A DNA stretch of 50,359 nucleotides, taken from contig JWZX01003212.1 of assembly GCA_001275005.1 (NCBI GenBank), forward strand, positions 1-50,359. Direction: 5' to 3'. Each line of letters begins with the position of its first letter. Positions within the stretch are counted from its first letter, which is position 1. The notes beneath the pieces were generated by a model. It saw only the letters and a program-made list of their open reading frames with translations. It ran no database searches and was not told the DNA's origin. Source of the stretch: Chrysochromulina tobinii (Eukaryota). Shown one piece after another: positions 18,808 to 30,231 of this stretch. A program made the position numbers and the translations under genes.

Positions 18808-21800
18808 ATGTCATGCCCACCCAACGTCAACCCGCTGGAATGGGCAGCGCGACAGCTCACCGCTGGCGGCGATCTCCGCGTGGCGGCTGCGTGCCTCGAC
18901 AGAGCGCCTGAGTCGGGCCAAAAGCACTATTTGCGAGGCGGCGTGGCGTTGCTGGGAAATGACCCGCTCAGAGCGATCGCCCAGTTCCGCGAGGCGGTGC
19001 GCGTTCAGCCGACGCACGCCGACGCGCACTTTGAGCTCGGCAATGCGCTCTATGGCCAGCACGATATGCCAGCCGCTGAGCGGGCCTTTCAAGCTGCGCT
19101 CGGTGCCGAGCCACATCGGCCGCTGTGCTACCTCAACCTTGGCAACGTGTACGTGGAGCAGCGGCAGCCGAAGCGTGCGGAGCGCCACTACCGGCTCGCG
19201 CTCACTCTCGCGCCGGCTGCGAGCTGGGACGCGTGCGCCGCCTCCAATGGGCTCTCCAACCTACTCGAGCAAGAAGGCCCGAGGCTCGACGAGGCTCGGC
19301 ACGTGGCGGCCGCGGCGCTACGCAGCTCGTCGCGCTGCCACTACGCGGCGCACAACCTCGGGCGGCTCGAGCGGCGGGCTGGCCGCACGGCGGACGCGGT
19401 GAACTTTGCTCGCCAGGCGCACGTGGCCGAGCCGAGGCAGCACGAGTACCTTGTGGGTCTAGCGGCGGCACTTCACTCGGCCAACCGGCTGCGCGAGGCA
19501 TGTCACCACTACCGGAGTGCAATTCAACGCAATCCGGCCGATCCTCGGCTGATGCTCGACCTCGCCAATGCCCTGCAGCAGGACGCGCTGTACGCCGAGG
19601 CGATCGACGCGTACGCGGCTGCGCTGCCTGGGCAGCTTGCGCAAGCCGCTGCCGCGCTGCCAGCAAGCGGCGGCGATACCCCGGGAGTTAGCGGTAGCAT
19701 CGGTAGCAGCAGCGGCAGCAGCAGCGGCAGTAGCAGCGGTGGTAGCAGCGGTGGTAGCAGCAGCAGCAGCAGCAGCAGCGGCAGCAGCGGCAGCGGTAGC
19801 GGTAGCAGCAGCAGCGGCAGCAGCGGCAGCAGCAGGAGCAGCAGCGGCAGCAGCAGCAGCGGCCCACGACGTGGCACACTCGGGCGCATCGTGATCTACT
19901 GCAGGATCCGCGCGCACGCCGGCGCGGAGAGCGTCCGTGAAGACGTGTGGGGTCCGACGACGCTTGCAACCAAGGGCGTTGGAGGCTCGGAGGAGGCGGT
20001 CATCATGGTGGCTAGGGAGCTCGCCAGGCGCGGCTGGGCAGTAGCGGTGTACGCCAACCCTCCAGCAGAGGATTGCCGCGGCGCCACGCCCGTGGGCGAA
20101 TTGGGCGGCAGTGTCGAGTGGCACGTGTGGTATGCTCTCCCACGCATCGAGGGGCGTGGAGAAGGCGTCGCGGTGCTCGTCTCGTGGCGCAACCTTGAGG
20201 GGGCTACGTTGCTCGAGGCGGCGACCTCACGCTACGTGTGGCTGCAGGACATAGTCGAGCATCCACCAGCGTACCACGAGGCGCTTCTCCAGCGCCTCGA
20301 TGGCATTCTCGTCCTGTCCGCCTTCCACCGGCGCGGACTGCCCGAGATCGCGAGCTCAAAGGCCGTGGTAACGTCCAACGGCATCGACGCGCGCAGCTTG
20401 GTGCCGCCTGGCCCGAACGCGCACTGGCGCTTCATGTATGCCGCCTGGCCGACGGCGGGGCTGCAGCCGTTGCTTGAGCACTGGCCAGCCATTCGCCAAC
20501 GGCTGCTCGGCTCGGCGCTGGCCAAGTCGCGCGGTGCTCAACTCGGCGCGCCGACCCTCGCCGTGTATTACGGCTTCCCGCGCTGGCTGGAGCAGATGCA
20601 CGGCGCCGAGCCGTGGTATGTGGCGTGGCGGCAGCGCATGGAGCAACTGCTACGTCACGAGGGGGTCGAGTACCACGGCATGGTGAATGCGAGTACCGTC
20701 GCGCGCGCGTACGCGGCGAGTGGCTTCTACGTGTTCCCGAGCGACAAGCCAGAGACCTCAGGGGTCAACCTGATGAAGGCACAGGCGATGGGCGCCATCC
20801 CGGTCACCTCGCGTCATCCGAACTCGTCCATGCCCGAGGTGTGCGGCAGATTTGACCTCGGCCCTCCTGTGCCACGTGGTGCGGTCGCCATTCAAGGGGA
20901 CCCGCAGTGGATGCAAAGTTGGACAGACGCCTTGGTGCGCGTCGCCAGTCGGCCACCCGAGGAGCTCACGCGCCACCGAAGGTCGATGGTGCGGTTTGCG
21001 CGCCGTCGTTTCGATTGGTCTACGGTCACGGAGGGCTGGCATCGCGCCTTCGGTGGCGCGCCCACTCTACCGCTCCGGGGCGCCCACGACGACGCGTTCG
21101 AGGACGCTGAAGACGACGAGGACGAGGGCGAGGACGAGGGCGAGCAGGGCGAGCAGGGCGTGGTGGAAGGTGCGGACGGTGCAGAGGGCCGCACGAAGGT
21201 CCAGGCTGCTACAGACTGTGAGATTCCTCCACTCGCCTTTAGCTTTGGCGACGTTGGCGCCATCTCCGGTCGACGCTTCGGGCCGATGCCAATCTCCGTT
21301 TCCTTGCTACCGCAGTCGTCATCCCCGCCCCCGCCCCCGCCCCCGCCACCAACGTCCACTCCCTCGCCGCTCTCGCCACCGCCACCGCCACCGCCACCGC
21401 CACCGCCACCGCCACCGCCACCGCCACCGCCACCGCCACCGCCACCGCCACCGCCACCGCCACCGCCCGAGCGTCCAGAACCCTCACGCAGCATCAGCAA
21501 CAGCCGCACCACTGGCGCCGCGAGCCCCACAAAGAGCCGAGCCGCCGCCACCTCATCCAGGGAGACCACGAGCGGCGACGACAAGTGCGCCGAGAAGGGC
21601 TCAGCTGCCGCCCGCTTCGGCGCAGGCGAGCGCGCCTACCAATCCGGCGACCTGCAGACTGGATTCCATTGCTTCCATTCAGCGGCGAGCCTGGATCCAA
21701 CTGATGCGGACGCGTGGTACATGGCCGGCGGCATGTTTGTGGTGGCTGGGCAGGCGGAGCAGGCCATCCCGTTCTTCGACAAAGCCCTCGCCGCTCGGCC

Positions 21801-24545
21801 CGACCACGCGAATGCGCTCTTCGAGCTCGCTAACGCGCATCTGGGCCGCGCAGATCCCCAAGCCGCGGAGCCCTATTATGTCCGATCTGCGGCAGCGTTC
21901 CGGCGGGTCCTCGCGTCGCCTACGGCACACGCACACGAGAAGCGGAAGGCGGAGTTGCTCCCAACGGTACTCTCCAACTTGGGCAACACGTATCTCGACC
22001 TTCAGCGGGCGCGAGAGGCAATCGCCGTGTATGAGGAAGCGGCCGCCTCACACCCGCCTACCTGCCTCCCATTCAACGGCCTGTCCAACGCCTACGAAGG
22101 GGAAGGGCGATTCCCCGAGGCACTTGCAGCCTCGCGGCGTGCCATCCGGATGCTCCCTTCGACGTGCCACCTCGCCTATTACAACCTGGGGCGCATGCTC
22201 AAGGCGAGCGAGCAGCACATGGAGGCGCCCGCGGCGTACGCAATGGCGGTCGCCATCAAGCCGAGCGACCACCAGTACGTGAACGGCCACGGCACCGCTT
22301 TGCATGCAGCAGGCAGGCTCGAGGAGGCCGTGAAAGCGTACAAGACCGCCACGCAGCTCGCTCCCACGTGGTCCTCGCCCTATCGCAACCTAGGCCTACT
22401 TGAGTATGAGCAAGGTGGCCGCAGCCGGCAGGCCATCGGCTGGTACCGCCAGACGCTTGCTCTGGACCCAACATCGGCCGAGACTTACTGTGACATGGGC
22501 ACGGCGCTGCTGGAGCTCGGCGAACTCGCGCCTGCCATGAAGGAATACAGCCACGCGCTCACTCTCAACCCGTCCAACCCGCTTGCGCATGCAAACCATC
22601 TGTATCTCGCCACCAAGTTGTGTGAGTGGCGGGATCACGAGGCACGGCATGCGACGCTTCGAGGGCACGGCGCCCAACTTCTGGCTGCGACTGCCGCCCG
22701 ACGGCTGCAGCCGCTGCAGCCCGCCCCGTTCCTCTTCCTGCCCCCCTACCACGCCCTCTCGTACGATGGACTGCGCCCCGAAGTGCTCCGGGAGCTCGCC
22801 CTTGCCTACGCCGAGCGCGCCGCCGAGCGCGCGGGCGGTACCGGTACCCGTACCGGTACCGTTACCGGTACGCGCCTGCCGCTCGCGCGCCCGTCGTCTC
22901 TGGACGTGGACGGGGACGTTGCGTCAGTGTCGACAGTTTCGTCTCTGGACGTGGACGGGCGTAGTTACGGCGAGGTGAAGGGCAAGGGCGAAGGCGAGGT
23001 GAATGGTGGTAAGGGCAAGGGCGACCGACGGCTGCGTGTCGGTTACCTGTCCACCGATTTGGGCGAGCACCCCACCTCACACCTGATGCGCTCGTTTTGG
23101 AGGCTGCAGCATGAGCACGGGCGCGTGCGTGCGACTTGCTTCGCGCGCTCGAATGACGGCTCGGAGCAGCGTGCGTTCTTGATGCAGACGTGCGAGGAGT
23201 GGGTCGAGCTCACTGGCTTGTCATGGGCGGCAGCTGCACAGCAGATCCGACAGCGGCGATTGCATCTGCTGGTCGACCTCAACGGCCACTGCGGTCGGCC
23301 CCAATTTGAAATCCTCTCGTTGCGCGCGGCACCCCTGCAGCTCACCTATATGGGCCATCCGGGCACGAGCGGCGCGAGCTACGTGCAGTACGTCCTCACT
23401 GATCCAATCGCCACAGCCCCTCGCGCGCGCACACACTTTTCGGAACATCTTCTCTCGCTGCCGCAGTGGCATGTGACGGACTACCGCTTCTCGCATGCAT
23501 TCAATGCGCGTGGCCCTTCCGACCGGCCGACAGGCTTGGGCGAGCCGCCGAAGGGCGCGCCGCCCGCTGGCCCACGCCGCCCGTGGCCCGAGCACGCGAC
23601 GCGCGCGACGCTTGGCTTGCCTCAAAACGGCTTCGTGCTGGCCACGTTCCTTCAGCTGTACAAGGTCACCCCGCGCGTCTTCGACACGTGGCTCAACGCG
23701 TTGCGCGCCGCACCCATCACAACGCGTCTCTGGCTACTCGAGTTCCCACGCGGCGCGGTAACGAACCTCCTCGGGCACGCGGCAGCGAACGGCATCTCCC
23801 TCCGACGGCTGCTGAGCGCCCCCACAGCGGAGCGCTCGTTCCACCTCGCGCGCGTGGCGTTGGCCGACCTGGTGCTCGACAGTCAGATTGACCTCAGATT
23901 GACCTCAGATTGACCTCAGATTGACCTCAGATTGACCTCAGATTTACCTTAGATGGACCTCAGATGGACCTCAGATTGATCTCAGATGGACCTCAGATTG
24001 ATCTCAGATGGACCTCAGATGGACCTCAGATGGACCTCAGATGGGCCTCAGATTGACCTGGTGCTCGACAATCGGAGCCGTTCCTCTGATGGCCTCAGAT
24101 TGCCTCTGAGTGCCTCAGATTGACTCTGATTGCCGCGGATTGCCTCCCTCACGGCATACAGGTGCTCGATACGGCGCCATACGCGGGCCACACGACGACG
24201 GGCGATGCGCTCTGGATGGGCACGCCTGTGCTGTCGCTGCCGGGTGAGATGATGCAGTCGCGCATCGCCGCGGGCTATGCTGCCAATGCGGGCTGCCCTC
24301 AGCCGCACGCGGACTCGTTGCGTGCATACGAAGCGTACGCGGCCGCCGTGGCCGCGCACCCACAGGTCGCAGATGCGATGCGTACGTGCCTTGCGCGCGG
24401 CCGCTGGACGCACGCCGCCTTCGACACACGCCGCTGGGTGCACGGCTTCGATGAGGGCGTGCGTCTCCTGTGGGAGATTCACCGTTACGGCCTCCAGCCG
24501 ATGCACGTGCTGCTTCCGTCCAGGCACACGATGGGCGGCGGCTGA
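18808..24545 (+). CDS. TPR + GT4-like glycosyltransferase + poly-Pro linker + TPR + GT41 (OGT/SEC-type O-GlcNAc transferase-like) fusion protein
   Basis: Exons 18808-23871 and 24162-24545. GT4-like motifs: GVGGSEEAV..ARELARRG, SNGID, FPSDKPETSGVNLMKAQAMGAIPV. GT41 motifs: RVGYLSTDLGEHPTSHLM, LVDLNGH, YMGHPGTSG, FLQLYKV, ADL|VLDTAPYAGHTTTGDALWMGTPV. Confidence 0.9.
21376..21465 (+). repeat. (CCACCG)15 coding microsatellite (poly-Pro linker)
   Basis: Perfect hexamer run between the two glycosyltransferase halves. Confidence 0.95.
23872..24161 (+). other. GT-AG intron (290 nt), exon-duplicating family, acceptor module B, with 11-nt and 10-nt tandem repeats
   Basis: Removal restores the GT41 motif ADLVLDTAPY. 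Starts GTGCTCGACA versus exon GTGCTCGATA. (CAGATTGACCT)n at ~23884-24059; a second exon copy at 24061-24083; ends GATTGCCTCCCTCACGGCATACAG. Confidence 0.92.
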
Positions 24546-24914
24546 CGAAACTTACGAAGAGCCGTCGCCGGAGTGTGGGCGCCGGCGCAAGCGGTGAGGC
24601 GACCCCGACCCTTGGGCCACGGTACAGACAACAGAGAGCGGATCGGCAATAGGTGCCCGAATGTGCGTAGGGGCTAGGCCAAGGGCGCTTTAGTCCCGAT
24701 CGACTTCGGTCTTCGCGCCCGGCCGTGGGCCGCCCACAGCCGCACCAGACAGGCGACGAGGCGAGTAGTAGTCCTGTAGTTTTAGTGTGTTAGCTGTTAC
24801 AAACTGTAGTTACTTGTCAGTTACAGCTGTTACGGTACGGTCCGTGTTGGACGTCGTTGCGTGCGGTGCGAGTATAGTCGCGTCCCAGATTTGAGATTTT
24901 AATGAATGCATGTT

Positions 24915-25495
24915 TTAATTGCCAGACAATCAATTACCCGCGACCGTGCCTGGTACGCAGCTGTACGCACACACCAGTTACAGTTGTCTCGACCGGACGG
25001 GTGCGTCGGTGCGACGACGCGGTACGAGCGTCGACATCGTCTTCCGACATTCTTCTCCAGCTCTTTCAGTTCCTTCTCCGTCTTCAAAGGAGTAAAAATA
25101 GCGCGGTTGCCGGACCAGGAGCTGCCTGCGCTGTGAAATAATTCACACTATGAATCCCTTAGATATCGTATGCACCGCACGTCAGTCGGGAACCGTCCTT
25201 TGAGACGGTGGTGTGGTGAGCGCGGTGCTGGGACCGCGACGAAACTGACTTACCGGTACTGACTGTCGCGAGATCGTACCAGCGTGGTGCGTGTTAACGC
25301 GTATATCCTACGGTCGGGTCCGGGGGCTCCCCGGGTGCGGGTCGCTCTACTTCGAGAGGTGCGTCCTCGCTCTCGAGGGTCGCTCCGGTTTAATTTTTCA
25401 GCGTAACTATCTATAACTGTTGCGTGTTGCCGTATACGCCGCGTGCCACCTTTCCGCGCACTTGTCGTACTGCGGCATGTCGACACATACAAGTC
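24915..25495 (+). ncRNA. Candidate structured non-coding region containing a hammerhead-like three-way junction
   Basis: Stems 25098-106/25126-34, 25170-78/25284-92, 25181-86/25244-49, 25192-97/25204-09, 25221-26/25233-38 and 25320-25/25329-34. Lower GC than the flanking genes; no credible ORF. Confidence 0.35.
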
Positions 25496-25545
25496 CGTCA
25501 AAACACTTCGTTCTCTACAGCCATTGTCCACAGCTCGTCCACAGC

Positions 25546-26508
25546 TCAGAGACACGTTGCGCTCAAGGACGGGCTCATGACCCTGGCAATCAGTGCATCC
25601 TCCTCATCCAACCCCGCGCCCACCTTCGGATACATGTATGTTTGCCCTTGCGCCCCTCGCCGAGCACGAGGTGACGCACTACAATCAGAACGGTCCGCTC
25701 GGTGACTTCCAGAAGGCTCTTGCCGAGAGCGTTGCGCCCGAGGGAGTGTCAGAGGGAGTGGGCCAACCTGCTGCTGGTGCTGCGAGCCAGCCTGCTGCTG
25801 GTGCTGCGAGCCAGCCTGCTGCTGCGGGCGAGCAGGCTGCTGCGAGTCTGCCGGCTGCTTGGAGGATGAGGATGCGGAAGGAAGTCGTGGATTTGGCTTG
25901 TGCAGAGGCACGTGCTTGCCCGTCGCCGAGTCATGCTTGCGTGCTGGCTCTAAGACCATCTGACCATCCTTGACTACCACTTCAGCCACTGTCTTCTGTG
26001 TCCAGCACGCCTCCTGCGCCTTTGAGAAGCTCGCTTCCATGATGAACCCGCTCGAGCTGAAGCCAGCCGCGCGCATTGTGGGTCCCGCGCAAGTCGACGT
26101 ATCAGCCGCCGCGCCAGCCGTCAAGCCAGCTTCATGCTGTCGCTCTGCCAACCGCGTCGTCACGAGCGCCTTGTCGGCCTCGTCCTTGGGCAGCGCCATG
26201 TAGAAGAAGGAGAGCTGTTCATTATTGAGTCCCTTCGAGGCATGCATCCCCTTCCCCTTGGCCGCGTCCGCTGTGCGCTGGTGTTCTCGCCGCGGCGCTG
26301 GTCGCAAAACGGGCCGTGCAGACCACTCCGATAAGAGACGCAGCCGCACGCTGAGCGCCTCTGATGGTGTTGCGGACCGGCCCCTCGTATCGCGATGGTG
26401 AGCGACAAAATCAGCGTTAGAAAACTCGTTGTCCATGATGGCCATCGCGAGCCCGCGCTGTGCGGGTGTGAGCAGAAAGAAGTCGCCCATCCGATTCTCA
26501 TCAGGCAT
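25546..26508 (-). CDS. Hypothetical ORF (320 aa), possibly a degenerate or foreign remnant
   Basis: ATG-initiated ORF with short QQQAGSQH repeats, in a compositionally atypical block. No recognisable domain. Confidence 0.3.
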   Translation of the reverse strand: MPDENRMGDFFLLTPAQRGLAMAIMDNEFSNADFVAHHRDTRGRSATPSEALSVRLRLLSEWSARPVLRPAPRREHQRTADAAKGKGMHASKGLNNEQLSFFYMALPKDEADKALVTTRLAERQHEAGLTAGAAADTSTCAGPTMRAAGFSSSGFIMEASFSKAQEACWTQKTVAEVVVKDGQMVLEPARKHDSATGKHVPLHKPNPRLPSASSSSKQPADSQQPARPQQQAGSQHQQQAGSQHQQQVGPLPLTLPRAQRSRQEPSGSHRADRSDCSASPRARRGAQGQTYMYPKVGAGLDEEDALIARVMSPSLSATCL

Positions 26509-27071
26509 TTGTCCTTTTCAAGAACGGTTCTGACGGTTCTGTCTTGCATGCTGGCCTGTGACTATGCGGCGCAATATGCAGGCACTGGCTCGTTGGCGAC
26601 GCTCAATGGGGGCGTGTAGCGGACACTATGTAGGATGGGCTTTCTAAACAAAAACATGAAAACCCCCCGATCCCGATCCGGGGAGACCCGATTACATTCA
26701 TTGATTGGATTGTAGTGAAGTCCGGGGCGGATGTACGATGTTGCGATATTCAATATGGCCATATTCGGTTGAAATGCGCCAACGGTACTTAATCTCATGA
26801 CTATGTTAACTTCGCATATAATGTGCCCCGGGGCCGAGTCACCGATCTCAAAAGCACACGACACCATCAACACAAAGACCTCGGCAGAAGGGGACGACCG
26901 AATCGCTCCACGACATGTCCTCCATGATCATTATCGCACAGACTGAGGGCGCGTCCAGCACTTGGCTCCAGGCAATAGGTCCGGTCGTCGAGCGCGGTCC
27001 CAACCTTATGCCACGTGTGCGTTGTCTTGAAAGGCGCAACTCACTTACATCGTCACATGGTCATAGCGTCC

Positions 27072-27833
27072 TCAGATTAGAGGCTCGTCCTCCGGTGGTG
27101 GTGGCGGCGGCGGCGGGGGCTCCTCCAGGGCGACCAGTGGTGGCGGCGGCGGCGGCGGCGCGGGATCCTCCGAGCGCGAAGAAAAGCCGTCAGACGGCTC
27201 CGTCCTAGTGGAGTCGACAGCGAAGGTCGTCATGACTGGCGCGACGACCGGCTGAATCATGATCGCGTCGAGAGCGAACATGGAGTAGCTCATCGCCTGG
27301 CCCTTCTTAAACGAGCCCACCTTGCCCAACACTGGAGAGCCTGCTGAGAACGGAGATCCTGGTGAGGGCTGCTTGGGCTTCGAAGCACCTACCGCATCAT
27401 AGTTCTCTCCGACTAAGCTGGGCTCCGTGCCGAATCCGACCTTTGCCCGGCCGCCCGACGGCGACCGCTGCTGGGCAGCCCGAGCAGCCGCAATCTTGTC
27501 GAGAGCGTGCACCCAAAGTTTGATCTGACAAGCATCGCCAGGGACGCAGAACTCGCTGACGGGCCTCAACAGATCAGAGTTCGTCTGGTCCTCTCCGTTG
27601 ATCTGGATGTGCGTGCACGCTACCTGGATGTTGAGGTCTTCCATCATTTTCTGGAGGAAGGGCTCAAGGAGTGCCTGAGCGATTGGCTGCTTGAGAGCCC
27701 CGCCGGACAGTTGGCAACCAATAGCAAGATCCTGGTCACCAGCGATTGTAAGCTCGAAGCTCTGCGCACCCATCGAGGAGACTAATCCATCCTTGCGGCC
27801 GAAAGACAGTGCGCTGCTGAGCGCGTTGAGCAT
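27072..27833 (-). CDS. Hypothetical protein (253 aa) with Pro-rich C-terminus
   Basis: ATG-initiated ORF with globular-looking N-half and host-like codon use. Confidence 0.65.
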   Translation of the reverse strand: MLNALSSALSFGRKDGLVSSMGAQSFELTIAGDQDLAIGCQLSGGALKQPIAQALLEPFLQKMMEDLNIQVACTHIQINGEDQTNSDLLRPVSEFCVPGDACQIKLWVHALDKIAAARAAQQRSPSGGRAKVGFGTEPSLVGENYDAVGASKPKQPSPGSPFSAGSPVLGKVGSFKKGQAMSYSMFALDAIMIQPVVAPVMTTFAVDSTRTEPSDGFSSRSEDPAPPPPPPPLVALEEPPPPPPPPPEDEPLI

Positions 27834-28270
27834 TTCTGCTTCTGTCTTATGCTGCTCCTCTCGAGCGGTCTCTGTCTAGAGATGCCCCTGATTCGAGGCG
27901 CGGCTTGGACTCGGCGCACACGCCGTCGGCGATACATAGTTTCCCCAATAGGGTCTCCCTAATGAAACAGTCATTTCGCCCAAACAACGCAACACGCCTC
28001 GACCCGTCGACCGGACCTCCCTAGGACCTCCCTCAGGGGTCCATCCGCACATGCACAACCGGACCCTCCGGCCTCCGCAGTCCGCACATGCACAACCCCA
28101 TTTGAAACCTGGAGCCATGCTCATCACCACACCTCTGAGCAGGCGATATGATATAGCTGAGATTAAGATTGACCATTGTTGATCTCCAGTTCATGGGGGA
28201 CAAGGAAAGAATCTACAGCGTCAGTAAGCATGCCCAATGAGCATATCCATTGAGCATAAGGAAAGCGCAC

Positions 28271-29701
28271 TCAGTTGCCAAGAAGCTTGGGAACCCCGAG
28301 CAAGTCGGAGATCTCTTCCGTCAGCTGGTCGGCCGTCGCCGTGGGGTAGCAACGACAGACGTGAGCTCCCCCCGCCGCAGACCAGTACGAGCTGCTTGTG
28401 TATATCGCCAGCAGCGAGGATGTAGGGATCGCCTGCTCGGGGTTCGCGATAAAGGCGGCTGCTGCTTCGGAGTCGCGCACGAGAAAGGTGGTCTTTGCGT
28501 ACTCAACCGCGGTGCCCGGTCCCTCGAACACATCAACGGCGGTCATAGCCGTACAGTCAGAGCACGCCGGCGCCAGCGGCGTGACGATCACGTCGGGCAC
28601 CGCCAAAGAGGTTAGAAACGCGAGCAAAAACGCGATCGCGAAGAAGAGCAGAAGGACAGAGAACGAGCTGCGGTGGCGCACGGGAGAGCTCGAAGACGTC
28701 GATGCGGACGACTGTGGCATCCTCGCCGCTCTCGGCCTTGGGGCGATCTCAGTGGTGATATCGGCAGTCTCGATGATCTCGGGGTCACTCGGTTTGACGC
28801 TTGAATTGAGTGGAGCACTCGACTTGAGGATCGGCTCTTCTTCGGCTGCAACTGCTTCCGGCAGCGTCTCCCCCTCGACGGCGGCTACTTCCGGCAGCGT
28901 CTCACCCTCGACGGGTGCACTGTGCAGTTGCAGCGTGCATGGCGGGAGCGGTGGCTGCGGACACTCCGATGCCGGCTGGTCAGCTGTCTGCGCCAGAGGA
29001 GCCATGAGCGTGGACACGTTGGCAAGAGTCGAGGTTGGCTCCGCGCTTGGCGGCACCTCGAGATCCGCTTTTTCGATGGCTGGGGCCTCGTCGGGCGGTA
29101 CGGGCAGTGCAACCGCCTGATTTTCCTCCTGGCTCACTTCCATGCACTCGTACATATAGGCCCGAAGTTCTGGACGAAGGAAGACTTTTTCCATAAGGTC
29201 GAGCTCAGCCGCAGCTGGAGCAGCCACCGTGGTGGTCTCCTCGGGCTTGGTGGCCACCGGATCAGCTTCCAGGGAGTTGCCCGTAGAATCAGCAACACCC
29301 ACTACGCTTCCTGGGAGGTTTCGATCGTCGCCACTCTGCAGCATCTCGTCGAGAGTTTTCGTTGTGGGTGAGCTCACGATTGAAACTGGGCTGTCAGTGG
29401 GACCGGTCTTCGGCTCTGGAGTCTTGTTTTGCATGCCATTCTCGCCTGATGGCGTGGACGGCTCGGATGCATCGAATGCAGCGGAACAGCTCGAAGCTGC
29501 CTTGGGCTTTTTGGTCGGAGAGAATGAGTTCAAGACCCTTCGTGTCATGCTTGTTTTCTTTGGCGATGGCGTCGCTGCCTCCATCTCCGATCCTCCAGAG
29601 GTCGGCTTAGAGGTCGGCTCCGAGGCTTGCATCTGTGGGTTCTTCCGCGCGAAGCTAAGCGACCGAGCCGCTTTCGCCCACGACGATCGTGGGGTAGCCA
29701 T
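28271..29701 (-). CDS. Hypothetical single-pass membrane protein with Ser/Pro/Glu-rich N-terminus
   Basis: ORF from ATG 29701 (MATPRSSW); TM segment FSVLLLFFAIAFLLAFLTSLAV; small Cys-containing C-terminal domain. Confidence 0.7.
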   Translation of the reverse strand: MATPRSSWAKAARSLSFARKNPQMQASEPTSKPTSGGSEMEAATPSPKKTSMTRRVLNSFSPTKKPKAASSCSAAFDASEPSTPSGENGMQNKTPEPKTGPTDSPVSIVSSPTTKTLDEMLQSGDDRNLPGSVVGVADSTGNSLEADPVATKPEETTTVAAPAAAELDLMEKVFLRPELRAYMYECMEVSQEENQAVALPVPPDEAPAIEKADLEVPPSAEPTSTLANVSTLMAPLAQTADQPASECPQPPLPPCTLQLHSAPVEGETLPEVAAVEGETLPEAVAAEEEPILKSSAPLNSSVKPSDPEIIETADITTEIAPRPRAARMPQSSASTSSSSPVRHRSSFSVLLLFFAIAFLLAFLTSLAVPDVIVTPLAPACSDCTAMTAVDVFEGPGTAVEYAKTTFLVRDSEAAAAFIANPEQAIPTSSLLAIYTSSSYWSAAGGAHVCRCYPTATADQLTEEISDLLGVPKLLGN

Positions 29702-30231
29702 TTCGGCAACGCACAGGCGGCGGCGAGCTGCGTGGACGTGTGGACGGCTCGACAATTTTTCGTTTCGAAGGAAAAATTCACTTGAGGATTACTCGATCGA
29801 CGAAGCTCGTTTCGTTGTCGCGCGTGGAGAAGGTACGTTGATAGGCCACACACCCCCTTAGTAGCCGTTCTCAAAGTGATGCAGAACCCCTTTCCCCCCA
29901 AACTCGCAAGTATTCCATTTATCGGTCTTCGTTCTTGCCCCCGCCGCCCTCCTCGCCGCCCTCCGGCGTCGGTGGTCGGAGGACACACCTCACAGACACG
30001 AGACAGCGTTTCCACTTGTTTGAAGTTTTGTCCGTACAGTATAGACCGTACGGCATTCCTGAAACATCGCTGTATAGGGTCGCTCGTTGAGATAAAACTC
30101 ACTCACCGAGGCCTCCGGCCCTCCGGCCCCCCGCCACCGCACCGACGCTCCGCATGGCCGAGGGGGGACGGGGGGCTGCCGACAGACCGCACACACGCGG
30201 CAAGCTGCACACGCGGGCGCGCGCCTCCTGT

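Noticed and set aside
25390..25401. Sm site or snRNA
   Set aside because: AATTTTTC lacks the terminal G of the Sm consensus, and no U-snRNA sequence was recognised upstream.
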